DNA of 64,000 bases from positions 8,520-72,519 of the forward strand of contig JAAYLD010000032.1 in NCBI GenBank assembly GCA_012522015.1, read 5' to 3'. Shown piece after piece: positions 36,768 through 46,253 of the stretch. Below the pieces are notes generated by a model. It was given only the letters and a program-made list of their open reading frames with translations. It was not told the DNA's origin and did not search any database. The position numbers and the translations under genes are program-made. This DNA comes from Clostridiales bacterium (GTDB lineage: Bacteria > Bacillota > Clostridia > Oscillospirales > CAG-272). The stretch's first letter is position 1. Every line of letters begins with the position of its first letter.

Positions 36768-36875
36768 TGTGCTCACTTTAAAAATCATGTGCCGCACAGC
36801 TAACAGCTTTTTTTGCTGCCGAAATCAATCAGGCGTTACTGGAATCATACGATGCCCGGAGGAAATAATAAAGCA

Positions 36876-37742
36876 ATGAATAAAACATATATTAAATTTA
36901 TAGGATCTCTCCTTATTGCCGTAATATTTATCTGTACTCTATCAAAAGCTATACCAACGATAGTCCTCGCGCTTGATACAAGTGCTGATAATACAGTAGT
37001 TTCTCATAAAACAATGTCGCTTGACGTTGAGCGTCTTGTTGCGAGTGGTACAGATATAAACAACACCTTTGATAATATCAACAGCGAAGACGCAACAGAC
37101 GACGCTGATAACGATACAGAGGACGGCAGCAGTACCGGTAATAAAGCAAAGGTCAGCTATAAGGTCTACGCCATCATCATAACGCTTGCCCTTGCGGGTA
37201 TTGTATGCGCCACACTCGCTATGCTCGGTAAAAATAATCCGAAAAACTTTATTTTTGTGTTTATTGCCACCGCTGCCGCAACAGTTTTAATATTAACAGT
37301 TGACATCAAACGCCCGGATGATTATTACAGCGGCACGGAATCAATGGTAAGCGGCGATTATATAACAGTTACTGTGTCTGTTCGATGTGACGCTATACTT
37401 GACGGCGTCGACGGCGATGAGACGCTTGACGATTACATTCCAGAAGACGGCATTATACTGCCCGAAACGGAGATTTCCGTGCCTGCCGGTGCCAGCGCAT
37501 ACGATGTGCTCGTGTCAGCTTCTCGTAAATATAGACTTCATATTGATACAAACTCAATCGGAAGCGTCACATATATATCGGGGATCAATTATATATACGA
37601 AGGCGATTATGGCGATCTTTCCGGCTGGATGTTCAGAGTTGACGGGAAAATACCTTCCGTTGGCTGCGGCGATTATACAGTCTCGGATGGCGAGCATATT
37701 GAATGGTTTTATACTCTCGACTTTGGCGCAATTTTTAAATAA
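36876..37742 (+). CDS. Membrane-anchored DUF4430-like (transcobalamin-like beta-domain) protein; candidate surface cobalamin binder
   Basis: N-terminal TM, a second TM, and a C-terminal ...YISGINYIYEGDYGDLSGWMFRVDGKIPSVGCGDYTVSDGEHIEWFYT, typical of DUF4430. It sits in a B12-riboswitch operon. Confidence 0.65.
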   Translation: MNKTYIKFIGSLLIAVIFICTLSKAIPTIVLALDTSADNTVVSHKTMSLDVERLVASGTDINNTFDNINSEDATDDADNDTEDGSSTGNKAKVSYKVYAIIITLALAGIVCATLAMLGKNNPKNFIFVFIATAAATVLILTVDIKRPDDYYSGTESMVSGDYITVTVSVRCDAILDGVDGDETLDDYIPEDGIILPETEISVPAGASAYDVLVSASRKYRLHIDTNSIGSVTYISGINYIYEGDYGDLSGWMFRVDGKIPSVGCGDYTVSDGEHIEWFYTLDFGAIFK

Positions 37743-37762
37743 TTCCGCGGAGGTGAATATTG

Positions 37763-38650
37763 ATGAAGGGCAACGAAACATTTGAGCGAAACAATCCCGC
37801 CTCTGTTTTTGTTTATTATATCTGTGTTGTCGCCCCCGTCATGTTCACCATGAATCCCGTTATAATAACGCTGTCTCTTGTCGGCTCGGTGTTTTCATCA
37901 TTTATAGGCCAGGAGCGGATCGGCGTTCGCTTTCATATATACATGCTTATACTTTTCGCCATCATGACAGCAGCGAACCCAATTTTTTACCACAACGGTG
38001 AAACGGTTTTATTTGTCATGAACGACAATCCGATAACTCTTGAAGCCACCATCTATGGCACAGTATCTGCCGCCGCCGTAATTTCAGTTTTATACAGATC
38101 CCGCAGCTTTACCCTATATATGACAAGCGACAGGCTGCTTTATCTTTTCAGCATTCTATCGTCAAAAGCGGCTCTTATCTTAACAATGGCGCTTCGCTAT
38201 GCCCCCTTATACGCCCGCCACGCACGCCGTGTAGCAGACGCACAGCGAGCGGCAGGACTTTACAAGGAAAGAAATATGATTGATGACATTGTAGGCGGCG
38301 GGCGCGTTTTCTCCGCGACAGCGACATGGGCGCTTGAATATGGCATCGTCACGGCGGCATCAATGGAAGCACGCGGATATGGCGTCGGTCGGCGCACACG
38401 ATATTCTCCCTATGCTTTTAAGCACGCAGACATTGTGCTTACAGCCACATCTCTTTTACTTTTAGCTGTGATTATAACAGCAGGCGCCGGAGGTTCATTT
38501 GATTTTACTTTTTACCCGCGTATTGTTGCGCCGCCCGCAACGGTGCTTACCTCGGCCGCTTACACAGCTTACGGTATTCTTTCTTTTCTGCCGGCGATTT
38601 TAACCGTCATTGAGGTTGTCAGATGGAAATACTTAATGCAAAAAATTTAA
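37763..38650 (+). CDS. ECF transporter transmembrane (T) component, CbiQ/EcfT family (CbrU-like)
   Basis: Polytopic protein with the Ala-Arg-Gly coupling-helix motif (MEARGYG). GGAGGTGA SD. Confidence 0.7.
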   Translation: MKGNETFERNNPASVFVYYICVVAPVMFTMNPVIITLSLVGSVFSSFIGQERIGVRFHIYMLILFAIMTAANPIFYHNGETVLFVMNDNPITLEATIYGTVSAAAVISVLYRSRSFTLYMTSDRLLYLFSILSSKAALILTMALRYAPLYARHARRVADAQRAAGLYKERNMIDDIVGGGRVFSATATWALEYGIVTAASMEARGYGVGRRTRYSPYAFKHADIVLTATSLLLLAVIITAGAGGSFDFTFYPRIVAPPATVLTSAAYTAYGILSFLPAILTVIEVVRWKYLMQKI

Positions 38651-40302
38651 GTTTCACATATCCGGACGAAGATACTCCCGCTCTGTCAAACGTTACCTTC
38701 TCCGTATCAGAGGGTGAATTTGTCGCCGTTTGCGGAGCGACAGGTTCGGGCAAATCTACCCTTCTTTCCCTCTTAAAGCGCGAGGTCGCGCCGATGGGCA
38801 AAATGACAGGTGAAATATTTTATCGCTCCACACCCACATCATCAATGAGTCCTCGGGACTTGGCATTTAGAATAGGCTACGTTACGCAGCGGCCGGAGCA
38901 GCAGATAGTGACAGACAAGGTATGGCATGAGCTTTCGTTCGCGCTTGAAAATATGGGGCTTCCATCTGATGAAATCAGGCGCCGTGTGGCTGAAGTCGCC
39001 TGCTTTTTTGGCATTGAGGATTTGTTTGACCGCCGCACGGACGAGCTTTCCGGCGGGCAGAAACAGCTACTAAATCTTGCCGCTGTCGTTGCCACGTACC
39101 CTGATATTTTGTTACTTGACGAACCGACAGCACAGCTTGACCCTATCGCTGCGTCCGACTTCATCACCATGCTGAAGAAGCTCAACAGTGAACTCTCCAT
39201 GACGATAATAATAGCTGATCACCGCCTTGAGGAGATAATACCGGCATCCGATTCGCTTCTTGTGTTGGGGAGCGGACACATTATAGCCTTCGGCAAAACA
39301 CGTGCTATTGCTTCTTCCCTTCGCTCAAATCCCCATATGCTCACCTGTATGCCTGCCGCTGTACGGATATATAGCGAGCTGGCAAATGACGATGATGAGG
39401 ACAAGATAGAGTGCCCTCTGACCGTGCGTGAGGGGCGAGATTATATCCTCCGCTGCTTTCGTCAGGATATAAAAATGCGTAAAATGCCCGAATATACCCA
39501 CAAAAAAAGCGAAGCTTTATCTTTTCGTAACGTATACCTGCGATATTCGCGGGATTCGGAGGACGTTTTGCGCGCCCTTTCGCTTACCGTATATGAAAGC
39601 GAGCTTTTTTGCATTGTCGGCGGTAACGGCTCCGGCAAAACGACGGCTTTATTAGCCGCCTCGGGGCTTCGTAAGTTTTATGCCGGGAATATTAAAATAT
39701 TCGGGCGTGACATCCGTTCATATAAGAATGGCTCGCTTTACAGCGGCTGCCTTGTTATGCTTCCGCAGGACGTCGACACGCTGTTTTTGTGTTCAACTGT
39801 GGAAAAGGAGCTTCGCGATGCTGGCACAGACGCTGATTCTCTCCCCTTTAAATTTCCAAAAGCTATACTTGACCGTCATCCCTACAATATATCGGGCGGT
39901 GAAAAACAGCTTCTTGGTCTTGCAAAGCTTCTTGCCACACATCCACGGCTTCTTTTGCTCGATGAGCCGACAAAGGGGCTTGACGCATGGTATAAGACTA
40001 AAATTGGCAATGTTTTACGCAGTCTCACTGCGTCCGGCATCACTGTTGTCATCGTAACACATGACATTGAGTTTGCTGCCGCATATGCCGACCGGTGCGC
40101 GCTGTTTTTCCGGGGGAGTGTTGTATCGTCAGACACCCCACAAAGGTTTTTTGCCGAAAATTCCTTTTATACAACATCCGCCGCCCGGATGGTAAGAGGT
40201 ATTTATGACGGCGCTATAACAGCGGACGATGTTATTGCTCTTTGTCGTGCCAACGGGCAGCGAAACGAAAATAAACAATCAGCTCTCACGGGGGTGACTT
40301 AA
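38623..40302 (+). CDS. Fused double ATPase of an ECF transporter (EcfA-EcfA', CbrV-like)
   Basis: Two ABC cassettes: GATGSGKST/LSGGQKQ/LLLDEPT and GGNGSGKTT/ISGGEKQ/LLLDEPT. Confidence 0.85.
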   Translation: MEILNAKNLSFTYPDEDTPALSNVTFSVSEGEFVAVCGATGSGKSTLLSLLKREVAPMGKMTGEIFYRSTPTSSMSPRDLAFRIGYVTQRPEQQIVTDKVWHELSFALENMGLPSDEIRRRVAEVACFFGIEDLFDRRTDELSGGQKQLLNLAAVVATYPDILLLDEPTAQLDPIAASDFITMLKKLNSELSMTIIIADHRLEEIIPASDSLLVLGSGHIIAFGKTRAIASSLRSNPHMLTCMPAAVRIYSELANDDDEDKIECPLTVREGRDYILRCFRQDIKMRKMPEYTHKKSEALSFRNVYLRYSRDSEDVLRALSLTVYESELFCIVGGNGSGKTTALLAASGLRKFYAGNIKIFGRDIRSYKNGSLYSGCLVMLPQDVDTLFLCSTVEKELRDAGTDADSLPFKFPKAILDRHPYNISGGEKQLLGLAKLLATHPRLLLLDEPTKGLDAWYKTKIGNVLRSLTASGITVVIVTHDIEFAAAYADRCALFFRGSVVSSDTPQRFFAENSFYTTSAARMVRGIYDGAITADDVIALCRANGQRNENKQSALTGVT

Positions 40303-40988
40303 TGATAGTTATAAAAAACTCCCGCCTGCGCCGCGTTTTAAGAATTGTTATCCCGTTTGTCATAGCGCCTCTTTTTGTCATCGCCGGCACTTACTTATTT
40401 GAGCCGAAGCGCCAAGCTTTTGTAGCGCTTGCCATCGCTATTTTGGCCTGCGTGCTTTTTATCGCCGGTTTTGAACATAAAAAAACGGGGAGCCGGCGCT
40501 TAATAATCACCTCCATTTTTGTCGCGCTGTCTGTCATAGGACGTTTTATACCCTTCTTCAAGCCCACAACTGCACTTACAATAATAGCTGGTGTATATCT
40601 TGGCGGTGAAGCCGGGTTTCTTACCGGGGCTTTTTCCGCTCTTATATCGAATTTTTACTTTGGGCAGGGGCCGTGGACTCCTTTTCAGATGCTTGCATGG
40701 GGTATGATAGGCTTTTTCGCCGGTGTTTTTTCGAAATTCTTTATAAAAAGCCGCTTTGCTCTCATTATTTACGGGGTGATAGCCGGTTGTGTTTTCTCCG
40801 TTATCATGGATGTATGGACTGTCCTTTGGTACAGCGGCACCTTCAGTAAAGAGCTTTTCCTCGCAGCAGTTGTCGCCGCTCTTCCTCATACGGCTCTGTA
40901 TTCAGTATCAAATGTCATATTCCTTTTTTTGATTGCGCGACCGATGGGAGAGAAGTTAACCCGTATTAAGACGAAATATGGCGTTTAA
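40302..40988 (+). CDS. ECF transporter substrate-specific (S) component; candidate cobalamin-specific (CbrT-like)
   Basis: 228 aa with about 6 TM helices. It directly follows the ATPase with an overlap. The riboswitch context suggests the substrate. Confidence 0.6.
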   Translation: MIVIKNSRLRRVLRIVIPFVIAPLFVIAGTYLFEPKRQAFVALAIAILACVLFIAGFEHKKTGSRRLIITSIFVALSVIGRFIPFFKPTTALTIIAGVYLGGEAGFLTGAFSALISNFYFGQGPWTPFQMLAWGMIGFFAGVFSKFFIKSRFALIIYGVIAGCVFSVIMDVWTVLWYSGTFSKELFLAAVVAALPHTALYSVSNVIFLFLIARPMGEKLTRIKTKYGV

Positions 40989-41076
40989 ATGGATTTCGTG
41001 TCATAATTTTAGTGACTGTTCTGTGCTATGTTGCCATAATATTTTAAAATTGCCTCTTCTAAAATACGAAATAATA

Positions 41077-41085
41077 TGTTATAAT
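41077..41085 (+). promoter_or_regulatory. Extended -10 promoter element TGTTATAAT
   Basis: TG-N-TATAAT. The predicted transcription start near 41092 coincides with the 5' end of the predicted RNA closing stem. Confidence 0.45.
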
Positions 41086-41091
41086 GATATC

Positions 41092-41298
41092 AAGCTCTGC
41101 GGTGTGCGTGATAATTCGGTAATTAAAACCCACGATAGAATAAAGGGGATCCGGCTTCCTTGATGTGAGATGCAGGCCTCCCGCACCGGCAGGCTGCCGG
41201 TGCGGACGTTGGAAGCGCAAAGCTCAGGAGAGGATATACCCGCCTTGCGAGAGCAGGGTTTTCTAATCTCCGAGTTACACGGCACGGTGGGGCGTCTT
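41092..41298 (+). ncRNA. Candidate structured ncRNA of about 205 nt, rod-shaped with a central bubble (6S RNA-like)
   Basis: No credible ORF. Nested complementary segments: 41104-41110/41278-41285; 41112-41119 (TAATTCGG)/41270-41277 (CCGAGTTA); 41125-41131 (AAAACCC)/41256-41262 (GGGTTTT); 41154-41159 (GCTTCC)/41211-41216 (GGAAGC). The apical hairpin is 11 bp (41181-41205). Unpaired 13-nt and 14-nt strands face each other at 41132-41144 and 41242-41255. Confidence 0.35.
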
Positions 41299-41449
41299 AA
41301 CATATTTTTTGCTCTAATGCTACTTTCTTCATATTACCGTTCATCCTCACATCGCGTCTGTATATGATGGCGCTAATTGCGGGATTGAGGTTATCACCTG
41401 CTGAAGAAACCGGCGAAAAGCCTTTTATATGCGGTGTGAAATACCAAAA

Positions 41450-41496
41450 ATAACGCCGAGGGAGATATGCTTAAATCCCCTCGGCGTTATTTTTTA
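41450..41496. terminator. Bidirectional terminator hairpin
   Basis: TAACGCCGAGGG...CCCCTCGGCGTTA, flanked by A5 and T6. Confidence 0.7.
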
Positions 41497-41517
41497 TTTT
41501 GTATGACTAAAAGAACA

Positions 41518-41557
41518 AATCCGAGCTAATCTCGTGTGAGTTAGCTCGGATTTTTTA
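41518..41557. terminator. Terminator hairpin immediately 3' of tRNA-Glu (usable on both strands)
   Basis: AATCCGAGCTAA...TTAGCTCGGATT followed by TTTTTT on the plus strand. On the minus strand a T-rich tract follows. Confidence 0.65.
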
Positions 41558-41560
41558 TGC

Positions 41561-41635
41561 TGGTGACCCGTAGGAGAATCGAACTCCTGTTTACGCCGTG
41601 AGAGGGCGTCGTCTTAGCCGCTTGACCAACGGGCC
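41561..41635 (-). tRNA. tRNA-Glu (anticodon CUC)
   Basis: The reverse complement is GGCCCGTTGGTCAAGCGGCTAAGACGACGCCCTCTCACGGCGTAAACAGGAGTTCGATTCTCCTACGGGTCACCA. Anticodon loop CTCTCAC. Encoded CCA. Confidence 0.9.
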
Positions 41636-41836
41636 GCGTTGCAGCTTTTGTATTATAACATAACACACGCGCATTTGCAACATTATTTTAAAACGAAATT
41701 TAATGTCGTTTTCTTATGCTGTTGCCTCAATTATTGCGTGCGCTTATAGCGCTTATAATGCCGGTGACCTGCCCAAAAGCAGGTCACTGGTTTTCCATAA
41801 AATAATATGACAATTCATTCGCTCGTAATGTGCGCT

Positions 41837-43312
41837 TTACTCATAGTCTTCAGCTCCGCCGCCACTGGTTCCCTGACGGAGAGTCGAGATGGCTGTCCCG
41901 TCTGTGACGGCTTTGATTGCAGCTAAATGCTCCGCATACGTTCTTGAAAAGACGGAGTACCCGTCATTGTTCGCAACAAAGTAGTAATAATCAGTATTCC
42001 TCGGGTAAAGAGCATATGTTATTGCGTTATAACCGGGGTTTGAAATCGGTCCCGGCGGTAGCCCTATGTTTGTATATGTGTTGTACGGGCTGTCATAATC
42101 GGTCGACGTCAGCTTCTCCGGCCGCTCTCCTGTATCATGCATGATGGCATACATTATTGTCGCATCACTATCAAGGAACGGGTAAAACTGACTCTTCCTA
42201 AGCCTGTTGTGGAACACTGATGACACAAGCGGAAACTCGGCAAGGTATTTTGCCTCGGATTCAATCATCGATGCTATGATGACAATCTCGTCAGTTGTGA
42301 ATCCGATAGATTTAGCATATTCCCTGTATGTGTCCATAAACTTAACGGAAAAGTTATCAAGGAGCTTTGCTATAGCAGCCACTTCGCTTGAGTTTGAGTA
42401 GAAATAATACGTGTCCGGGTAGAGATAACCGTCAAGGCGGTAATATCTGTCATCCGAATAACCGTTTTCCTCAAGCTCATTGACGAACCAGTAGTTATAA
42501 TTCTCGCTCCAGTCATAATTATTTATTACATCGACAAAGCCTTCCTTTGTTCCAATACCGTTTTCAACAAACAAATCGATAATTTCGTCGGTTGTATAAC
42601 CTTCCGGTATCGTTATAGATATTATCTCAGCTGCTTTCGATGGTTTAAAGGAAGTAAGAAGCTGGCGGTAGCTTAGAGTTGTGGATAAAGTATAGTCCCC
42701 TGCTACATACTCTCCGTTATCACCTATAAATCCGGCATACATCTTAAATATTTTTGAATAACTAATGAGCCCATTCTCGTAAAGTATTTCTGCAACGTCA
42801 TCAAGCGTAGCAAGCTCCGGTATCGAAATTTCCTTAATTGCTTCTTTTTTGTCAAAGGCAAAAATATCGTTAAATATCGGTATTATAACAAAAAGCGCAA
42901 GACATACCCCGGCAACAACGACGACAGAAATGTAAACAACGCCCTTTAATAAACCGAGCATTACGCTGGCAGCATTGTCGCGACCGTGGCCGGCAATAGT
43001 ACCTTCCTTATTATCGTCGGTATCCGTGTCTGAATTATCCTCTGCTTCAATGAAAGCATCATCTGCGCTTTTTATTACGCTGAAAGACACATCACCCTGA
43101 CCACCTGTGCTGTTGAGCCTTGTACTCCCCGCAGTTTTATTCGATTTCTCCGCACCAACACTCTTGCCGCCCCCTAAAGAAGCTGCACCAGGCATAACCG
43201 TCGGTTTTTCTTCTTTTGAGTACGGTGCCTGTTTCCTCTTCCTGCCGAGCATGAAGTCCAGCTCTTCATCGTTCGCTGCGCCATCATTTATATTTATATT
43301 CTTCTCGCTCAC
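41837..43312 (-). CDS. mltG: Endolytic murein transglycosylase MltG (YceG-like) with a long disordered N-terminal region
   Basis: A TM segment is followed by the YceG domain. Motifs: IIASMIESEAK and VSSVFHNRL...LDSDATIMY. Confidence 0.85.
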   Translation of the reverse strand: MSEKNININDGAANDEELDFMLGRKRKQAPYSKEEKPTVMPGAASLGGGKSVGAEKSNKTAGSTRLNSTGGQGDVSFSVIKSADDAFIEAEDNSDTDTDDNKEGTIAGHGRDNAASVMLGLLKGVVYISVVVVAGVCLALFVIIPIFNDIFAFDKKEAIKEISIPELATLDDVAEILYENGLISYSKIFKMYAGFIGDNGEYVAGDYTLSTTLSYRQLLTSFKPSKAAEIISITIPEGYTTDEIIDLFVENGIGTKEGFVDVINNYDWSENYNYWFVNELEENGYSDDRYYRLDGYLYPDTYYFYSNSSEVAAIAKLLDNFSVKFMDTYREYAKSIGFTTDEIVIIASMIESEAKYLAEFPLVSSVFHNRLRKSQFYPFLDSDATIMYAIMHDTGERPEKLTSTDYDSPYNTYTNIGLPPGPISNPGYNAITYALYPRNTDYYYFVANNDGYSVFSRTYAEHLAAIKAVTDGTAISTLRQGTSGGGAEDYE

Positions 43313-43362
43313 AGGTTACCTCCTATGCGGCAACGCGCTGTTTAAAACAAACTAACAATTAA

Positions 43363-44271
43363 TTAAACGACAATAATTATATAAAGCACGAAGCACATCA
43401 TAAAAAGAGGTGATACAAACGCCTCAAGCGCTCCCGTGCGCTCAGCGGGTGGCAGTGCGTACGAGCTATCAACGCCTGCCTTCCCGTATATTTTATATAA
43501 GCGCCCTGCTTCTCCGAATAAAAACGACATAAATATAAGAAGAAGCAGAACTGTTATAAACGTAAAAATAACTATATTTCGCGGCTGAAGAATCGAGCGC
43601 CATATATATTCCTCAAGGAAAAGAGCAAACAAGTTATTTGCTGTGTGTATGACAATTGGCGCTAATATTGAGCGTGTTACATATGCTGAAAGCGCCAGTA
43701 TCAGCCCTCCTGCAAAATATACAGGGAATAAAGCTATGTCAAAATGGAGCATAGCAAAGTAAAAAGCGCTGAAAAACACAGCGGCACCGACCCCGCAGCT
43801 TTCATATTCAGCAAGAATCACACCGCGAAATGTAAATTCTTCCGTTATCGCCGGAAACACAGCAAATGCGAGCGCCAAATAAAGCATGGGCACGGGAGAA
43901 CCATCGCTCACAGTGTAATTTCTATATATGCTAACGCCCTCATCTACACCAAGCGTTTTACCGAACAGCGAAAAGACGGCAAGCTTTATAGCACACGAAA
44001 CAAGTATAAGTAAAACTGATGCAACTATGACGAAAGGTATCGCTCGCGGTGCAAACAGGCGCAAGCGAAGCTTGCTCGCATATCCTCCACCGCGCAAAGT
44101 GCAAAAAAATAAAGTCGGTAAAATGAAAATAAGAAGCTGAACCACAACTGCCGCAAGATACGGATTCGTACCGTTTAACATGGTATCCAGATTAACGGCG
44201 CGAGACAAAAGAAGTGCTGCGTAAATTATAAAAACAAGCGCTGGTGCGGCAATCGTTGGTTTAATCTTCAA
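43363..44271 (-). CDS. CPBP-family intramembrane glutamic endopeptidase (CAAX protease/Abi-like)
   Basis: EEFTFRGV, FYFAMLHF and HTANN motifs in a polytopic protein. Confidence 0.8.
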   Translation of the reverse strand: MKIKPTIAAPALVFIIYAALLLSRAVNLDTMLNGTNPYLAAVVVQLLIFILPTLFFCTLRGGGYASKLRLRLFAPRAIPFVIVASVLLILVSCAIKLAVFSLFGKTLGVDEGVSIYRNYTVSDGSPVPMLYLALAFAVFPAITEEFTFRGVILAEYESCGVGAAVFFSAFYFAMLHFDIALFPVYFAGGLILALSAYVTRSILAPIVIHTANNLFALFLEEYIWRSILQPRNIVIFTFITVLLLLIFMSFLFGEAGRLYKIYGKAGVDSSYALPPAERTGALEAFVSPLFMMCFVLYIIIVV

Positions 44272-44860
44272 CTGTCATCGTCACTCCCTTTTCAGTGATG
44301 AGTATGCCGGCCCTTATGTCGTATTTGTTGTGTGGTAGTGAATCTAAAACAAAATCAGAGAAAATAACACCTACAATTGAGCCTGTGTAACCGTTGAAAT
44401 AACGATCATAATAACCACCGCCATAACCAAGGCGGTATCCGTGCCGGTCAAAGACTATTGCGGGTGCAAAGCATATTGAACCGCGCCTATCCGTTGCTGG
44501 GTCATAAAGAGGTGCGTCTTCATCCGGCTCCATAATACCAAAGGTGCCCTTTTTAAGCTGCGAACGATCCTCAACGATGTGATATGTCATATATGAAAGT
44601 CCATTCTCCGACTTGTGGCAGCGCGGGAAAGCAACAGCCTTCCCCTGCGCCCATGCAGCTTCGGCAATTGGATATACGTTGACTTCAATTTCCTTTGGTG
44701 CGTAAAGAAGTATTGTGCCGGCAAGCCTAAAGCCAGCAAGTGATATTGCCCGTTGGCAAATCTTCTCGCTCATGCGCTCGCGATCTTCCGGTGGTACAAG
44801 CGCCCTTTGTGCAAGTAATTGTTTTCGTAACTCCGCTTTTTGGTTTTTTATATAATTCAT
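44261..44860 (-). CDS. 5-formyltetrahydrofolate cyclo-ligase
   Basis: HGYRLGYGGGYYDRY motif and a family-typical N-terminus (K.ELRKQLLAQR). Confidence 0.85.
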   Translation of the reverse strand: MNYIKNQKAELRKQLLAQRALVPPEDRERMSEKICQRAISLAGFRLAGTILLYAPKEIEVNVYPIAEAAWAQGKAVAFPRCHKSENGLSYMTYHIVEDRSQLKKGTFGIMEPDEDAPLYDPATDRRGSICFAPAIVFDRHGYRLGYGGGYYDRYFNGYTGSIVGVIFSDFVLDSLPHNKYDIRAGILITEKGVTMTVED

Positions 44861-45411
44861 TTTGCAAGTATCGCGGACTTAACTTTATCCGCCGTTTCCT
44901 CCCCACATAGTGCCGATACAAGCGTAAGACCGAACGGTATCGCCGATCCCATCGCTTCGCCAGTTATAATGTTGCCATCCCTAACGACGCCTTCGCGTAC
45001 GATGGTAGCTCCGATAAGATCATCCTCAAAGCCGGGATAGCACGTCGCCCGACGGCCGCGGAGGATTCCCTTCTTGCCCAAAATGTATGGTGCTGCGCAT
45101 ATTGCGGCTATATATGCTCCAGTTTTTGCCGCATGCCTGACAAAACCGTCAACAGTTGGTGAAGCGTAAAGGTTGTCTGCCCCGGGAATTCCACCCGGCA
45201 GTATCACCATGTCAATATCGCTCTTCTCAGGGTTGCTAAGCTCGCCCTCAGTGCAGTCTGCCTTTACTGTAATGCCATTTCTGCCCGTGACATATAAACC
45301 GGACGTTCCGACGGCGACCGTTTTAACATTGACTCCCGCGCGCAAGAGTATATCAAGCGGACATATAGCTTCTGTTTCCTCAAAGCCGTTGGCTAAAAAC
45401 ATATATACCAT
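44857..45411 (-). CDS. DJ-1/PfpI/ThiJ-family protein
   Basis: Nucleophile-elbow AAICAAP. About 180 aa. Confidence 0.85.
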   Translation of the reverse strand: MVYMFLANGFEETEAICPLDILLRAGVNVKTVAVGTSGLYVTGRNGITVKADCTEGELSNPEKSDIDMVILPGGIPGADNLYASPTVDGFVRHAAKTGAYIAAICAAPYILGKKGILRGRRATCYPGFEDDLIGATIVREGVVRDGNIITGEAMGSAIPFGLTLVSALCGEETADKVKSAILAK

Positions 45412-45551
45412 AACTATCGCATCTCCGTCCTTTCATTTATTACTTTTTATTGCACACCGACAGCAGACCATGGTGCCTTTTCTTAAATTAATGACGAGGT
45501 GTGCTTTCTTTATTCGCACCCATTTAATTTATATAAAACGTTTTATTTACC

Positions 45552-46253
45552 TTATGGGCCGAACCCACTTAAATAAAGTTCTTTCACTACCGCCCGCTCG
45601 ACATCATCTGCGATCTCATCGCGGCTTTTCATCTCAGGGCGGCCGCCTGCGCCTGTCCGATGGCATTTGATTGTATGCCAGCCAAGACGATTTGCCGCGT
45701 AAACGGCAGCTTCATAGCAGGCTTTTATATAAGCGGTGTCGGATTCGTGAATATCGCGCACAAGACCTGTTTCATCGGTGCGCGTTTTTATAAGCGAAAG
45801 CGTCACTTCCGGCGGGACCTCAAGAAAAATCACAATATCCGGCTTCGGCAAACCCAGCTTTTTATATTCAAAATCAAAAAGCCAGAGGAGAAATCCATCC
45901 CACCCCTCGCGCGGGAGTTTTGTAAGCTGATGTATGGCGTTCGCCGTTGTATATCTATTTGCTATAATAACGGTTTCGGGGTCTTCGGCATCAGCATGCC
46001 AGTCAAGACGGTACGTGACATACCTATTTGCAGCGAAAAACATTGATGCCGCGTATGCGTTCGTATCGTCGGGTTTTTTGCCAAGACCTCCGCTTAAATA
46101 TAAGCGCGCAAGTGCGGAGCTTTCGCTTTCATACACCGGAAAGCTAAGCTCGCGTACGCGAATACCCCTATCGCCGATACGGTGACATAAAATATCACTC
46201 TGCGTCTTTTTGCCAGAACCATCAAGCCCGTCGATGGCAATAAGCTTTCCCAT
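45552..46253 (-). CDS. Thymidylate-kinase-family (dTMP kinase-like) nucleotide kinase
   Basis: P-loop IDGLDGSGKKTQ. It is longer and more divergent than canonical Tmk. Confidence 0.65.
   Translation of the reverse strand: MGKLIAIDGLDGSGKKTQSDILCHRIGDRGIRVRELSFPVYESESSALARLYLSGGLGKKPDDTNAYAASMFFAANRYVTYRLDWHADAEDPETVIIANRYTTANAIHQLTKLPREGWDGFLLWLFDFEYKKLGLPKPDIVIFLEVPPEVTLSLIKTRTDETGLVRDIHESDTAYIKACYEAAVYAANRLGWHTIKCHRTGAGGRPEMKSRDEIADDVERAVVKELYLSGFGP

Noticed and set aside
41079-41367. ORFs 41079-41303 (-) and 41170-41367 (+).
   Set aside because: Neither has an SD. Both are Arg/Pro/Ser-rich and overlap each other on opposite strands within a region that forms extensive RNA secondary structure. 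I treat the region as ncRNA rather than coding.
41364-41453. 29-codon ORF (MMALIAGLRLSPAEETGEKPFICGVKYQK) ahead of the first terminator.
   Set aside because: It has no Shine-Dalgarno sequence and no recognisable peptide features. It is probably chance.
41092-41496. Whether the ncRNA locus is RNase P RNA, SRP RNA, tmRNA, or a ykkC/guanidine, c-di-GMP, glycine or TPP riboswitch.
   Set aside because: - The hallmark cores are absent: GAGGAAAGTCCGGGC for RNase P, GGTCCGGAAGGAAGCAGC for SRP domain IV, and a tRNA-like ...TCCACCA end for tmRNA.
- AGGGTT..TCCGAG..ACACGG at 41255-41282 resembles ykkC blocks, but the spacing is far too short.
- No gene lies downstream to be regulated.
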